DNA from: Podarcis muralis
Lineage: Eukaryota
Assembly (NCBI RefSeq): GCF_964188315.1
Contig: NC_135656.1
Span: 121,582,001 to 121,646,000, forward strand
Length of the DNA: 64,000 nt
Direction of reading: 5' to 3'
How positions within the stretch are numbered: position 1 is the first letter of the stretch; the number at the start of each line of letters is the position of its first letter. Made by a program: the position numbers and the translations under genes. Shown in pieces: positions 25,006-37,713 of the stretch. The notes under the pieces were generated by a model that saw only the letters and a program-made list of their open reading frames with translations, did not search any database and was not told the origin of the DNA.

Positions 25006-25373
25006 AAAGGTAAAGGTAAAGGTACCCCTGCCCGTCTGGGCCCGTTGTGACCGACTCTAGGGTTGTGCGCTCATCTCGCTCAAGAGGCCGGGAGCCGGTG
25101 CTGTCCGAAGACACTTCAGGGTCACGTGGCCAGCGTGACGAAGCTGCATTTGGTGAGCCAGCACCAGCGCCGCACACGGAAACGCCGTTTACCTTCCCGC
25201 TGGAGCGGTACCTATTTATCTACTTGCACTTAGGGGTGCTTTTGAACTGCTAGGTTGGCAGGAGCTGGGACCGAACGATGGGAGCTCACCCCGTCGCGGG
25301 GATTCGAACCGCCGACCTTACGATCAGCAAGTCCTAGGCACTGAGGTTTTACCCACAGTGCCACCCGCGTCCC
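25006..25373 (-). mobile_element. Sauria (Squam1) SINE, full length
   Basis: GGGACGCGGGTGGC head on the minus strand, (ACCTTT)n tail, ATACTTA flanking duplication. Confidence 0.92.
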
Positions 25374-25664
25374 ATACTTACTTACTTTACCTTCCTTCCC
25401 TCCCTCCCTCCTTCCTTCCTGCAACAATTCACATCTTGCAAAGGACAGGTATATCCCCATCCCAACTAAATCTTCATTTCCTGCCCCAGAAGTTCTGCTA
25501 GGTTTTACTGTATGCTTTGTCAAGTTTTGCTGGCTACAGGGAAATGTCAGCTTCCTTGAGACTTACTGCTGAGCTGCCTGAGAAAGCCTTCATCCCTGTG
25601 CTTGTTCTTCATTTCCAAACTCATCACTCCCAAACCCTAGTTAAACCTTCCTCTCCCCAATGTT

Positions 25665-26060
25665 TTCATAGAATCATAGGATCTTAACCCCCTGCAATGC
25701 TGGAATTTTGGATAAAGCACCCCTGACAGATGGTTATCCAGCCTTTGCTTAAAAACCTCCAAGAAGAGTCTACAACCTGCCGAGACTGTTCCACTGTTGA
25801 AGAGCTTACTGTCAGAAAGTTTTTTCCATATGTTTAGTCGGAATCTCCTTTCTTGTAACTGGAAGCCATGGGTTCGAGTCCTGCCTTCCAGAGCAGGAGA
25901 AAACAAGATTGCTCCATCTCCCATGTGACAGCCCTTCAGATATTTGAAGATGGCTATCATGCCTCCTCTGTGTCTCCTCTTTTCCAGGCTAAACATACCT
26001 AGCTCCTTCAACCATTCCTCACAAGGCGCGGCTTCCAGATCCTTGACCATCCCTTCTAAA
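25665..26060 (-). mobile_element. CR1 LINE 3' fragment
   Basis: EEWLKELGMFSLEKRR.RGGMIAIFKYLKG..RTRTHGFQLQERRFRLNI. Confidence 0.9.
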
Positions 26061-26094
26061 ATAAGCTGAAGACCCTTGCAAGAAATTCTACAAT

Positions 26095-26610
26095 GTCTGC
26101 TCACTTCATTACTATGGGACTGCCTCTCCTGGTATGCCCCGAAGAGGACCTTAAGGCCCATGAATAAACATAATTTAGAGGTCCCGGGCCCTAAGGAAGT
26201 CAGACTATCGTACACCAGGGCCAGGGCCTTTTCAGTGATGGCATGCTCTGTCCCATGAGACTAGGGCCCTTCAGAACTTAACCTCCTTCCGTCGGGCCTG
26301 TAAGACAGAGCTATTCCGCCTGGCCTTTAATTTGAAATCAGCCCGATCTTTTATTTCCCTTCCCTTCCCCTTTTATGAAGATCACCTGCTCTGAGACCCC
26401 ACAGCTAATTCTCCCCTGGCCTCCTCGCTGGCCCAATTCAGCCAGCTAGCCCTGGGGATTATCTAATTTATTTTTGAATTTTGTTGTTATTCATGTTTTT
26501 ATACTGTATTTTATGCTGCTTTTATAATTAAGTGTTTTAAAGTGTTTTAAGTGTGTTGTTAACCGCCCTGAGCCCGGTTTTTGAACTAGGAAGGGCAGCA
26601 TATAAATTAA
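26095..26610 (+). mobile_element. L2-type LINE 3' end (second family)
   Basis: gccagggccttttcagtg..aagacagagctattccgcctggcc..ccgccctgagcccgg; related copies at 32425, 35830 and 54350. Confidence 0.7.
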
Positions 26611-27553
26611 AAAATTATTAGTGCAGAAGAAAGATTAAAGTCAGTCCTGTTGGGTTCTCTCCAGGGAACGGGGAGGGGCCACCACCTTTCCCTTAAGTTG
26701 CAGGATGAATGGGGCTGACCCTGATAAGAACTTGTCAAGCAGTTCTTTTGCAATCAGTTGTGATCACGGTTCGCTATCCCACTACACCTAATTGACACAG
26801 GAACGCTAGTAACGAAATGGGTCAAGCATTCTATTTTCTACAGTTCATAATACTTTTGCATGTATTACATTGCCGTTCATTTATCTCAAACGTTACTGTT
26901 TACAGAACCGCTAGTCCAGCATCTAATTGATTGTAGGAAATGAAAGCGTGCTCCTTAATCAGTGTGCTTAGATTTTCAGGTGTCGAATGACCTCTTTCTA
27001 ACTTCCCTTCATTCTTACTGTCTTCCTGGGGTAGCTTCTTCCGTGTGAAATAAGAGTGCTGTGTCACTGATGCTCTTTTGAGGTTCAATTAATTTGTTGG
27101 GATTCCTGCTGGGTGCATTCTTTCGTGGAAGGTAACTCCTGTCCCTGAAGCGCTTCCCCCATTTCATACAGTTATGGGTCCTTTGAGGAAGAGAAAGCGG
27201 ACTACTTTCTACAGTAAGGCCTGTACCCTCAAGAAAACTCCACACTGGGCATTCTCTGATGTAAAGGAAGGACATTGCTAACACTAAACTCTTTCTTCAC
27301 TCTACATTCAAATGTGTTTATTGGTTGTGAAAATCAGGCACTGGACTAAATAGACTATGGGCCTGATCCACCAAGACACTTCTTTATGTGCTCATTATCC
27401 TCTGTGTGTCTTCTTCGATTTGAAGGAAGGCTACCACTCACACTAAGCCTTCCACATTCTCTGCATGTAAAAGCTCCCCCCCCCCCCAGAAAGCCGTGTC
27501 CCGTGATGGAAATTAAGCTGAGCTTACAGAAGCTTTTCCCACATCCAACACAT

Positions 27554-28833
27554 CTAAATGGTTCCTTCTGTGTGTTTTTTGTGGTGTAAAGTAAGGCTTT
27601 TCTTCTTTGCGAAGCTCCTCCCACATTCTGCACATTTAAACGGTTTCTCCCCAGTGTGTGTCCTGGAATGAGAAATGAGGTTGCTGCTGTTACAAAACCT
27701 CTTCCCACACTCCCTGCACTCAAAGGGTTTCTCCCCTGTGTGGGTCCTGCGATGGGAAGCAAGGTTGACGAGCTGCCTGAAGCTCTTCCCACAGTCCAGG
27801 CATTTAAATGGCTTCTCCCCGGTGTGGATTCTATAATGTAGAGTAAGGCGGCTGGGCTGTTGGAAGCTCTTTCCGCACTCTGTGCATTTAAACGGTTTCT
27901 CCCCTGTGTGGGTTCTCTGATGTTGAGCAAGGCCGCTACTATCAGTGAAGCTCTTCCCGCATTCCATGCATTTAAAGGGTTTCTCCCCGGTGTGTATTCT
28001 CTGATGGGAAGTAAGGTTAACCAGCTGGCTGAAGTTCTTCCCGCATTCCATGCATTTGAATGGCTTCTCCCCGGTGTGCGTTCTGTAGTGTATAGTAAGG
28101 TGGTTCGGCTGCTTGAAACCCTTTCCACATTCTGTACATTTAAATGGTTTCTCCCCTGTGTGGGTTCTCTGATGTTGAGTAAGGCCGCTGCTGTCGCCAA
28201 AGCACTTCCCACATTCCATGCATTTAAACAGCTTCTCCTCGGTGTGGATAATGCTATGGGAAGTCAGGTTAATGAGCTGATTGAAGGTCCGTCCACACTC
28301 AAAGCACTTAAATGGCTTCTCCCTTGTGTGTGTTCTCTGATGCAAAGTAAGTTGCGTGTTCCTACTGAAGGTTTTCCCACATTCCGTGCATTTAAACGGT
28401 TTCTCCCCAGTGTGTGTTCTCGTATGTGTAAGGAGGGTACTGCTCTCACGGAAACTCTTTCCGCACTCCATGCATTTAAACGGTTTCAGCCCGGTGTGGC
28501 TTCTTAGATGTTTAAGAAGGCTGCAGCTGGAGCTCAAGTTCTTTCCACACTCAGTGCACTTAAATGGCTTCTCCCCCGTGTGGCTTCTGCAATGCCTATT
28601 TAACTTTGATTCGTATCTAAATATCTTCCCACACACGGGGCATATTTTCTGGCTGTTTCCTTGTCCATCTTCCTGCAGGATTTGGGGTTCATGGGCATTA
28701 ACCTCCAGAGATGGTGAGGATTTCTCTTCTCTGTGCTTCTTAGGTTCACTTTCATCTGCAACCATCTCTTTTCCTTCTTCAGCTGCAGGAGTTTCTGACG
28801 ATAGCATAGAATTCCCATTATTCTGCCCATCAT
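27554..28833 (-). CDS. ZNF-D zinc-finger exon, 13 C2H2 fingers; inverted paralog of ZNF-C
   Basis: ORF track 454 aa; same acceptor and near-identical N-terminal region as ZNF-C. Confidence 0.93.
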
Positions 28834-28976
28834 CTGGGGTGGGGGTTGAGAAAAAGAAAACTTTTTTGAATTTCCAGCAGAAAACAAAGGATTTCAAACT
28901 TTGTGTATATGGGTGCATTATTTAATGTTATTTGCAGACACCAAAAGCTGGGTTTACCTTCAGAATATGCTGAAAA

Positions 28977-29215
28977 AGAGTTTGGATTTGATATCCCGCC
29001 TTTCACTCCCCTTCAGGAGTCTCAAAGCGGCTAACAATCTCCTTTCCCTTCCTCCCCCACAACAAACACTCTGTGAGGTGAGTGGGGCTGAGAGACTTCA
29101 GAGAAGTGTGACTGGCCCAAGGTCACCCAGCAGCTGCATGTGGAGGAGCGGAGTCGCGAACCCGGTTCACCAGATTACGAGACTACCGCTCTTAACCACT
29201 ACACCACACTGGCTC
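28977..29215 (-). mobile_element. Squam3-like SINE, absent from the paralogous ZNF-C intron
   Basis: SINE consensus; the flanks join directly at about 18055 in ZNF-C. Confidence 0.88.
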
Positions 29216-29316
29216 TCGAGGAGGGCTCCTCCAGGAGGACAATATAAACTCCAGCCAGGCCAATATCCCAGCAGGCACAGATGTGCCTGTTCCCTTGCCT
29301 TCAGATCCCTCTGCAG

Positions 29317-29810
29317 CAGAGGTTTTCAACTTTTTTGGGCCCATGGTTCCCTCAACCAACTGCAATCATTCTGCAGCACCCCTGTGGAGCTCAGGAGCCC
29401 AGTTATGTCACCCCTTGCCTACAGAGCTTGCAGCCTCTCACCCTGTTTCGAACACCCTTCCTTGTGGAGTGTTCCCTCAGCCTCCTCTCCTCTCTCCTCT
29501 CCTTGGGCAGCTGCTGTTGCCCGGCCAGGTCTCTGAGCTGCCCCACCTCCTTGCACTGCCTCCTCACACTGCCCCACAGGGGCCTGGGAAACACCCCCTG
29601 ACCAGCCCCCAGAGGGACCATTCACCTGGGGAGCTTGTAGTCAGGGCTGCTGCCACAAACAGCTGTGCAAGCCTTTGGGACACAGAGACGCAAGAGGGCA
29701 TCCGAGGAGGGAGGGAAGGAAAGAGGGACAGGGGCCAATGTTACCTGGGGAGCCCCTGAGCATCCTTCAAGGCACCCCAGGGTGCCACAGCACACTGGTT
29801 GAAAACCACC
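29317..29810. mobile_element. hAT/Charlie-like element (ortholog of 17497-17966)
   Basis: TIRs and exact TSD CTCTGCAG. Confidence 0.8.
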
Positions 29811-29948
29811 CTCTGCAGAGTTTCAGATGGGAACACTGTTGATTGCAAGGACAGGATTGAACCTTCGGATTTCTACATCCAAAGACTGTGTTCCTGTTGA
29901 ATGGTTTCTTTAAATTTTAGGTTTCATTATTGTTTCACAAGATGTGTA

Positions 29949-30539
29949 CAGTGGAACCTCAGGTTACATACCCTTCAGGTTACATACACTTCAGGTTACA
30001 GACTCCGCTATCCCAGAAATATTACAGTGGTGCCTCGCAAGACGAAAATAATCCGTTCCGCGATTCTCTTCGTCTAGCGGTTTGTTCGTCTTGCGAAGCA
30101 ACCCTATTAGCGGCTTAGCGGATTAGCGCTATTAGCGGTTTAGCGGCTATTAAAGGCTTAGCGGCTTAGCTGCTAAAAGGCTATTAGTGGCTTAGCGGCT
30201 TAGAAAAAGGGGGGAAGCGGGGGGGGGGGAATCGCAAGACTAGCAAGACGTTTCGTCTTGCGAAGCAAGCCCATAGGGAAAATCGTCTTGCGAAGCAACT
30301 CAAAAACGGAAAACCCTTTTGTCTAGCAGGTTTTCCGTCTTGCGAGGCATTCGTCTTGCGGGGCACCACTGTACTTCGGGTTAAGAACTTTGCTTCAGGA
30401 TGAGAACAGAAATCGTGCTCCGGCAGCGTGGCGGCAGCAGCAGGCCCCATTAGCTAAAGTGGTGCTTCAAATTAAGAACAGTTTCGGGTTAAGAATGGAC
30501 CTCCGGAAAGAATTAAGTACTTAACCTGAGGTATCACTG
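29949..30539. mobile_element. Tigger-like MITE containing a nested second-family MITE (30025-30371)
   Basis: Outer CAGTGGAACCTC/GAGGTATCACTG; inner CAGTGGTGCCTC inserted at a TA, with TA duplicated. Confidence 0.9.
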
Positions 30540-31520
30540 TATATCTTTAAGGGCGGGAGCAAATAACATGAGCTAGTTTTACAGCCGTGTAGCAGTATAG
30601 CAGGTGCTGTTAAGTTATGTTAATTAAGCTCTTGGGTACAGTATATTAAGAGCAGCATGAAGCTCTCTCAGTACCCTGGTGGGTGGGTTACACTTATTGA
30701 TATAATGTAATTTAGTGTAAAATGAGTTTTTGTTTTTGTTATTAAACCAAGCAAAAGTTACTTGGTGTGGTCTCCCCAGCACGCCTTCGGCAGCCCAACT
30801 AATCTGTGAAAAAGCTAACAGTTCTAACACTGATCTCTGGGTTCTCCACCACCACCACCAAGGAGAGCTGTCAACTTTTCTTGCGAGGAATCCTATTCGG
30901 AATAAGGGAATTTCCCTTTAAAAAAGGGAAATGTTGTCCGCTATGCCACCAAGGCAGGGTTGGCCCAAGGTCAAGGCAACCCAGGTTTGCAGCTTTGTGT
31001 TATTCCCACTATAACCTTTCCCATTATGGGTTAAAAAATATCTGTACCTGCCATTCTCTCTCCTTCCTCAGAGACTTGGCAAAGTGGTTCTTTCCCTTCC
31101 AACGAAGACATCCAAGTCCACTGGGAGAATTTCTTTCCAAGGCTAGGTCTTTCTGGGAAGAAAATATCCAGGGATCTTCTTAATCTGTATATTAAGAGGG
31201 ATCGAGAAATGGAGGCGCAGGTAGGGTAAAAAATTGTGCTAGGCAGAATGCTTCCCCCCCGCCCTCAAAAAAAGAACCTCATCTGGATTAAGTGATGCAA
31301 ATTACGAACCTGAACATGTGTGAATTTGGAAAAGAGAATCTTCCTTTTCCAATGGAAGACAAGAATGTTGTTCTTGTTTTTCCAGAATTTCTGTCCCCCA
31401 TTAGGCATGCCATGAGCCTTGACAGTGATTCTGAGTCCAGGACTTGTAGCTAGGACCCAACTGCTCCCAGCACTGCTCATAAACTGCACTAGGAAGCTGC
31501 ATTATGGGTTCTGGACTAAA

Positions 31521-31869
31521 GGTAAAGGGGATCCCTGACCATTAGGTCCAGTCGTGGACGACTCTGGGGTTGCGGCGCTCACCTCGCTTTATTGGCCGAG
31601 GGAGCCGGTGTACAGCTTCCAAGCCATGTGGCCAGCATGACTAAGCCGCTTCTGGCGAACCAGAGCAGCGCACGGAAACACCCTTTACCTTCCTGCTGGA
31701 GCGGTACCTGTTTATCTACTTACACTTTGACGTGCTTTCGAACTGCTAGGTTGGCAGGAGCAGGGACTGAGCAACGGGAGCTCACCCCATCGTGGGGATT
31801 TGAACCACCGACCTTCTGATCGGCAAGTCCTAGGCTCTGTGGTTTAACCCACAGTGCCACCTGCGTCCC
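31521..31869 (-). mobile_element. Sauria SINE
   Basis: Full consensus; TSD TTCTGGAYTAAA. Confidence 0.92.
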
Positions 31870-32142
31870 TTCTGGATTAAAAGGCAGCTCCAATGATAAA
31901 ATTCTCTCTCTGCACGTCATTCCCACTGATGAGAAGATGCAGACTGATACTTACTGGCTAGAGAGCCAGGAGAGATTCCTTAGCTGGGCCTTGGGAGTCC
32001 CTGCCACCAACTGCTCCTGATTTCTCTTTTTGAGTTTTATTTATTTATTTATTAACACTCTTATGTTGCATCAGTAAACATTATCATATTACATCATGAG
32101 GCTTATTATAATATGATTTTCAGCATGTATACAAAGTTTATA

Positions 32143-32357
32143 CAGTGGTACCTCGGGTTAAGAACTTAATTCGTTCCAGAGGTCCGTTCTTAACCTGAAA
32201 TCGTTCTTAATCTGAAGCACCACTTTAACTAATGGGGCCTCCTGCTGCCGCCGCACGATTTCTGTTCTCATCCTGAAGCAAAGTTCTTAACCCAAAGTAT
32301 TATTTCTGGGTTAGCGGAGTCTGTAACCTGAAGCGTATGTAACCTGAGGTACCACTG
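32143..32357. mobile_element. Tigger-like MITE
   Basis: TIR CAGTGGTACCTC; flanked by the 14-bp direct repeat TATACAAAGTTTAT. Confidence 0.9.
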
Positions 32358-32660
32358 TATACAAAGTTTATTTTAAAAGTAGCCCATAGATCAAGACGAT
32401 TAAGGGGAGGGCAACATAAGGGTCAGACTGAGTCCAAACCAAAGGCCAGGCGGAACAGCTCTGTCTTTCAGGCCCTGCGGAAAGATGTCAAGTCCCGCAG
32501 GGCCCTAGTCTCTTGTGACAGAGCGTTCTACCAAGTCGGGGCCAGTACTGAAAAGGCCCTGGCCCTAGTTGTGTACAATCTAACCACCTTGCGACCTGGG
32601 ACCTCCAAAATGTTGTCATTCGTGGACCTTAAGGACCTCCGCTGGGCATATACCAGGAGC

Positions 32661-33055
32661 GATGGAAAGAAGATAAAGTCCCTACAAGAGAAGATCAGCA
32701 GATCAAGTTGATGGATTATGCCGAAATGGCTAAAATGACTGGAAGACTCAGAAATCAGGAAGACCAAAATGTTAATAAGGAATGGGGGAAATTTATAATT
32801 TATCTTAAAAACCGTTGAAAGCAGTTAAAATCGTTAGTAGGATTGGTATAACACTTGTAGTTTAATGGACACAATGGAGAGGTAAAATATTTGGATTATT
32901 ATAAAATATGCAGGAGGAAAGGACTAACAACAGGACCTACAAAGGGGAGAAAGGAAGTCCAGAATATTCTTTGGAATCTTGTTTCTATGCTGTATATGTG
33001 ACCGTAAAATTTTAATCTGAGAAACCAAATAAATAAATTTATAATTAAAAAAATG
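32661..33055 (+). mobile_element. L1 3' end, adjoining a minus-strand L2 fragment (32425-32660)
   Basis: RWKEDKVPTREDQQIKLMDYAEMAKMTGRLRNQ..EWGKF. Confidence 0.75.
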
Positions 33056-33779
33056 AAATCACAGGCTAGTGAGCTTAACCAATATACTGGGAACATTGCG
33101 AGAAAGGATGGCTGAAGACAGATAGCAAGGATTTAGAAGAGCATATTTCTTCTTTTGAGGGATAAGTATTCGGAACCTGTGCTTTCAAAACAGATCGAGA
33201 ATGATTTAGAGTTCAGGGTGAGCAATGAGAACACGTGAGCTGTGGCTGCACAATTGTTCAGGGCACCTAAAACAAAAAGGGAGACAGAGAAGTTCGAAAA
33301 GGATCTGTCGGAAATGATCCTCCATCATTTTGTGTATTTTAAAGCTGAAACGTGGTCAACCCAGCAGGATTTTCTTGTGTCCTGCTCCATCCTCCCAGCT
33401 CCAAGGGAAGGTGATAACAGCCTTCCACCAAATTACTACCAGGCCCTATAACTAGGTCAGCAAAGACCAAGGAGAAAAAATAATAATATTCAGCAGTCAA
33501 GACTGAAGGAGGAACCCAGGCCGCCTGCTCTGCCTACCCCAATCCTCCTTCCCTTACCTGAGCTTGCTGCTTGGATATACTGACTTCTTCAAGTTGGTGC
33601 ATTAAGAAATATATAGTGTATATATAGTGGTAGTGTTGTACTGTATTATTTATGCAAACTGATTTTCTCTGGAGTTAAAGATCTGACTGGGACAAACCCT
33701 GTTATGCTGAGCTCGTATTCTGCACAATTTGTATAAGGTGTCTGTTTGATAAATGTATGCCTAATAAAGGATATTTGAT

Positions 33780-34340
33780 TTATGTTAATCCACCCCAGCG
33801 AGGCTGCTTCCCCCATAGCGGGTTCCTCTGCCTGGGCTACATGTTCCCCCTTCCCCCTTTTTTTCAGAGCTGGGGGAGGGGGAGGTTTTAAAAGGGGGGT
33901 CTTGCATTGGCGATCCCGCAGCACTTTGGGCCGCACGACCTGAGCGCGCAGCACGGATCAGCCACGACCCCACCCCGTGCATTTCCCGGGGGAAAGTGCT
34001 CCGCGTGGGAGGCGCGTTTCCCCTTCATCCCTCCTCGTGCAAATCCTCCCTGGGGTCCCTCCCCCGTCTTTCCTCCCACTTCCACACAAAAGCCTCACCT
34101 CGCCGCCTCCTCGCTGCCTCTCGCCTCCGCAGGAGCGTTTCCCTCCGCGGAAGAGGGAGCAGGGCGCTTCTGCAACGCCCCCAGCCTTTGGATTGCAACT
34201 TCCTGCTTCCCTGGGAAACAGAGCCCGGCTGGGTCAGTTGTCCAGCGGAGGGCCAGTTCCCCCCTCCCTCCCTCTCTCTCTCTCTCTGCAACCCTTGCGC
34301 CCCCCCCCCTGCCTTCTACTTGCAATGCAACTTCCGCGCT
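33780..34340. promoter_or_regulatory. CpG-rich putative promoter of ZNF-D
   Basis: CpG-dense; inverted paralog of 16.0-16.75 kb; a CAG|GTAAGGG donor lies on the minus strand near 33555. Confidence 0.5.
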
Positions 34341-34354
34341 CCATGCGCTTTCAT

Positions 34355-34500
34355 AGAAAATCTGTCGAGCTGGAAGGGAGCCGAGGGTCATCTAGTCCCA
34401 CCCGCTGCAATGCAGTAATACGCCGCTGGCCCCCTACAAGGGATCGAACCTGCAACCTTGGCCTTATCAGCGCCGTGCTCTAAAACTGAGCCATCCGGGC
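34355..34500 (-). mobile_element. tRNA-headed SINE with CR1-type tail
   Basis: Minus strand gctcagttttagagcacggcgctgataaggccaaggttgcaggttcgatccc followed by ctagatgaccctc. Confidence 0.65.
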
Positions 34501-34909
34501 TCCCCTTTCCCCCACCTTCTTGCGCGCCTGAACCTGTCCGCGTTTTGCATTCTAACACTTGCAAGCTCCATCCTCCAGCAGTTCCCTGACGCCGGCTGCG
34601 CTTCCTTTCAGGCCAGTACTTGGCAGCCATAAACTCCCACCGTGTCCACTATCCTATAAAAGGCAGTAATCGGAATACCTTGCAACATTTCATCAAAGAA
34701 AATTGAGACGCCCTATTCCATAATAATAATAATAGTAATAATTTTATTATTTATACCCTTCCCATCTGACTGGGCTGCCCCAGTCACCTTGGTGGCTTCC
34801 AGCATGGATAAAAATATAATAAAACATGAAACATTAAAAAAAAAACTTCCCTTCAGATGTCTTCTGAAGTTGTAGAGTTACTTATCTCCTTGGCTTGGGG
34901 GGGGTGTCC

Positions 34910-34960
<51 letters not shown>

Positions 34961-35300
34961 TGGGCAGCTTCCAAAAAAATATTAATACATCAGTCATTAA
35001 AAGCATCCCTAAACAGGGCTGCCTTCAGATGTCTTCTAAAAGCCTGGTAGTTGTTGTTCTCTTTGACATCTGGTGGGAGGGCGTTCCACAGGGCGGGTGC
35101 CACTACCGAGAAGGCCCTCTGCCTCGTTCCCTGTAGCTTTGCTTCTTGCAATGAGGAAACTGCCAGAAGGCCCTCGGCGCTGGACCTCAGTGTCCGGGCT
35201 GAATGATGGGGGTGGAGATGCTCCTTCAGGTATACTGGGCCGAGGCCGTTTAGGGCTTTAAAGGTCAACACCAACACTTTGAATTGTGCTCTGAAAAATA
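34910..35300 (-). mobile_element. L2 3' fragment with (TAA)n, interrupted by a Sauria SINE
   Basis: ORF FKVLVLTFKALNGLGPVYLKEHL..; L2 sequence resumes at 35661. Confidence 0.85.
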
Positions 35301-35660
35301 GGTAAAGGTAAAGTAAAGGTACCCCTGCCCATACGGACATGTCTTGACAGACTCTAGGGTTGTGCGCCCATCTCACTCTATAGGCCGGGGGCCAGCGCTG
35401 TCCGCAGACACTTCCGGGTCACGTGGCCAGCGTGACAAGCTGCATCTGGCGAGCCAGCGCAGCACACGGAACGCCGTTTACCTTCCCGCTGGTAAGCGGT
35501 CCCTATTTATCTACTTGCACCCGGGGGTGCTTTCGAACTGCTAGGTTGGCAGGCGCTGGGACCGAGCGACAGGAGCACACACCGCCGCGGGGATTCGAAC
35601 CGCCAACCTTTCGATCGGCAAGTCCTAGGCGCTGAGGCTTTAACCCACAGCGCCACCCGC
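35301..35660 (-). mobile_element. Sauria SINE nested in L2
   Basis: Consensus head and tail. Confidence 0.9.
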
Positions 35661-35696
35661 TGGGAGCCAGTGTAGGTCTTTCAATGTGACTTCATA

Positions 35697-35729
<33 letters not shown>

Positions 35730-36380
35730 GCCTCCCCATCCAGCTTGGTTTCCCTAGCCACTAGGGAACCTGAACCCTATGGAAATAGGGATGTCAAGGT
35801 TGCAGGTTCGATTCCCGCATGGGTCAGCTGCGTGGTCCTGCATCTTTCCGCAGGGCCTGCAAGACAGAGCTGTTCCGTCTGGCCTTTGGTTTGGACTCAG
35901 TCGGACCCTTATGTCTTCCCTCCCCTTACGGTTTTGATTTATGGGCTACTTTTAAAATGAGGCTGCTTTTTAAATTGCATTTTAACCTGCATTTTAAATT
36001 GGGTCCCCCCCCATTATGTTTCTATTGTAATTTTACCGGTGTTAGCCGCCCTGAGCCCGGCTCTGGCTGGGGAGGGCGGGGTATAAATAAAATGTATCAT
36101 CATCATCATCACCACAGGGGGTTGGACTAGATGACCATTGGGTCCCTTCCAACTCTATGATTCTCTGATTCTATAAAGTCAAGAAACTGGGGCAGCTTGT
36201 GTAAATCCGGGACCATCCCTGGAAAATAGGGACACTTTGCATGATCTGCTTAGAAAGATAAATTCAAAACAGCAAGTTAATTGCACACTTGTGCAAAATC
36301 CAATCAAAACGATTTAGTTTAACTCAGAAAAACTGTGGTCCAACTTTTCCAAGCCTGATAAGTCATTACTAAGCAGAGGT

Positions 36381-36845
36381 GGAAGGTCCATATAGTTAAA
36401 GCCATGGTTTTCCCAGTAGTGATGTATGGAAGTGAGAGCTGGACTATAAAGAAGGCTGATCGCTGAAGAATTGATGCTTTTGAATTCTGGTGCTGGAGGA
36501 GACTCTTTAGAGTCCCATGGACTGCAAGAAGATCAAACCTCTTCATTCTGAAGGAAATCAGCCCTGAGTGCTCACTGGAAGGACAGATCCTGAAGCTGAG
36601 GCTCCAATACTTTGGCCACCTCATGAGAAGAGAAGACTCCCTGGAAAAGACCCTGATGTTGGGGAAGATGGAGGGCGCAAGGAGAAGGGGACGACAGAGG
36701 ACGAGATGGCTGGACAGTGTTCTCGAAGCTACAAACATGAGTCTAACCAAACTGCAGGAGGCAGTGGAAGACAGGAGTGCCTGGCGTGCTCTGGTCCATG
36801 GGGTCACAAAGAGTCAGACACGACTAAACGACTAAACAACAACAA
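36381..36845 (+). mobile_element. BovB (RTE) LINE 3' end
   Basis: KAMVFPVVMYGSESWTIKKA..LKLRLQYFGHLMRREDSLEKTLMLGK; (CAA)n tail. Confidence 0.95.
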
Positions 36846-37713
36846 GCAGAGGTGGGAAATTTTAAGGCTTGCACGAGGGGAGGTGTTCCTGCTACTCAGT
36901 TCTCTTCCTGGGTGAAGGAACTGAGCTCTGGTTCTTAGAGAGGCAGGAAGTTGCCCATAGAAAGGGGGGGGCGAGACAGTATGGGGGGGAAGAGAGGCAC
37001 CCCGCTCACAGCCTGAGAGGAGAAACGGGCTTGGTTAAGGAGGAGGCTGCAGAGGAGGAAAAAGGTGCAATAATTGGGGGTGATGGAGGAAATATTGCTT
37101 TTTTGCAGAGGAGGGGATGAGATAAGACCTTGGGCAAGGGGAAAGGATGCTTTCCTAGTAGGCAAGGATGCACATTGTGTGGGGATTGAGCCCCACTGCC
37201 TACACACTACTTTGGTGCTCCAGAGCTGGAGGGCTGTTAAGGAAATCCCTGGGGGGGGGCACATCTTTAAATTTGTTAAATGTTACAAATATTATGCATA
37301 AATGTATCCTTTCGACTTGACAGCTCAGGGAAGCTACCTAGCTTTTAACCATCATATAAAATCAACTCCTTTGCCAGTTTCCTCCATTTCAGCACTATTT
37401 TGCCCTTGGGGGAAAATGACTCTTCTCCCTGCCACCTCCCCAAGCACACCTCCTACCCCAGGAAGTGCCCAGAGGTAACAACTGCTGAGCTGATTGTTGG
37501 CCAAGGAAAGCCTAATCCCATCACCAGAATTGCCAAGGGGTCCAGACATGCAAAGGAAGTTCTATTGTACTTTGGGTGGTGGGACTTCAGAGGTGTTTGC
37601 CTAGGCTAATCTTATACCTGGGTCTTGCCCTGACATGTCTGCTTATGCTAATCTTGTGCCAAGGACTTGTCTGGACATGTTTGCCAAGGTTGAGCTAGTG
37701 TAACCCCTGTCTA

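Noticed and set aside
27860-28925. Long antisense and alternate-frame ORFs over ZF exons (also 18105-18674, 62163-62858)
   Set aside because: These are shadow ORFs caused by the repetitive codon pattern of finger arrays, with no independent coding signal.
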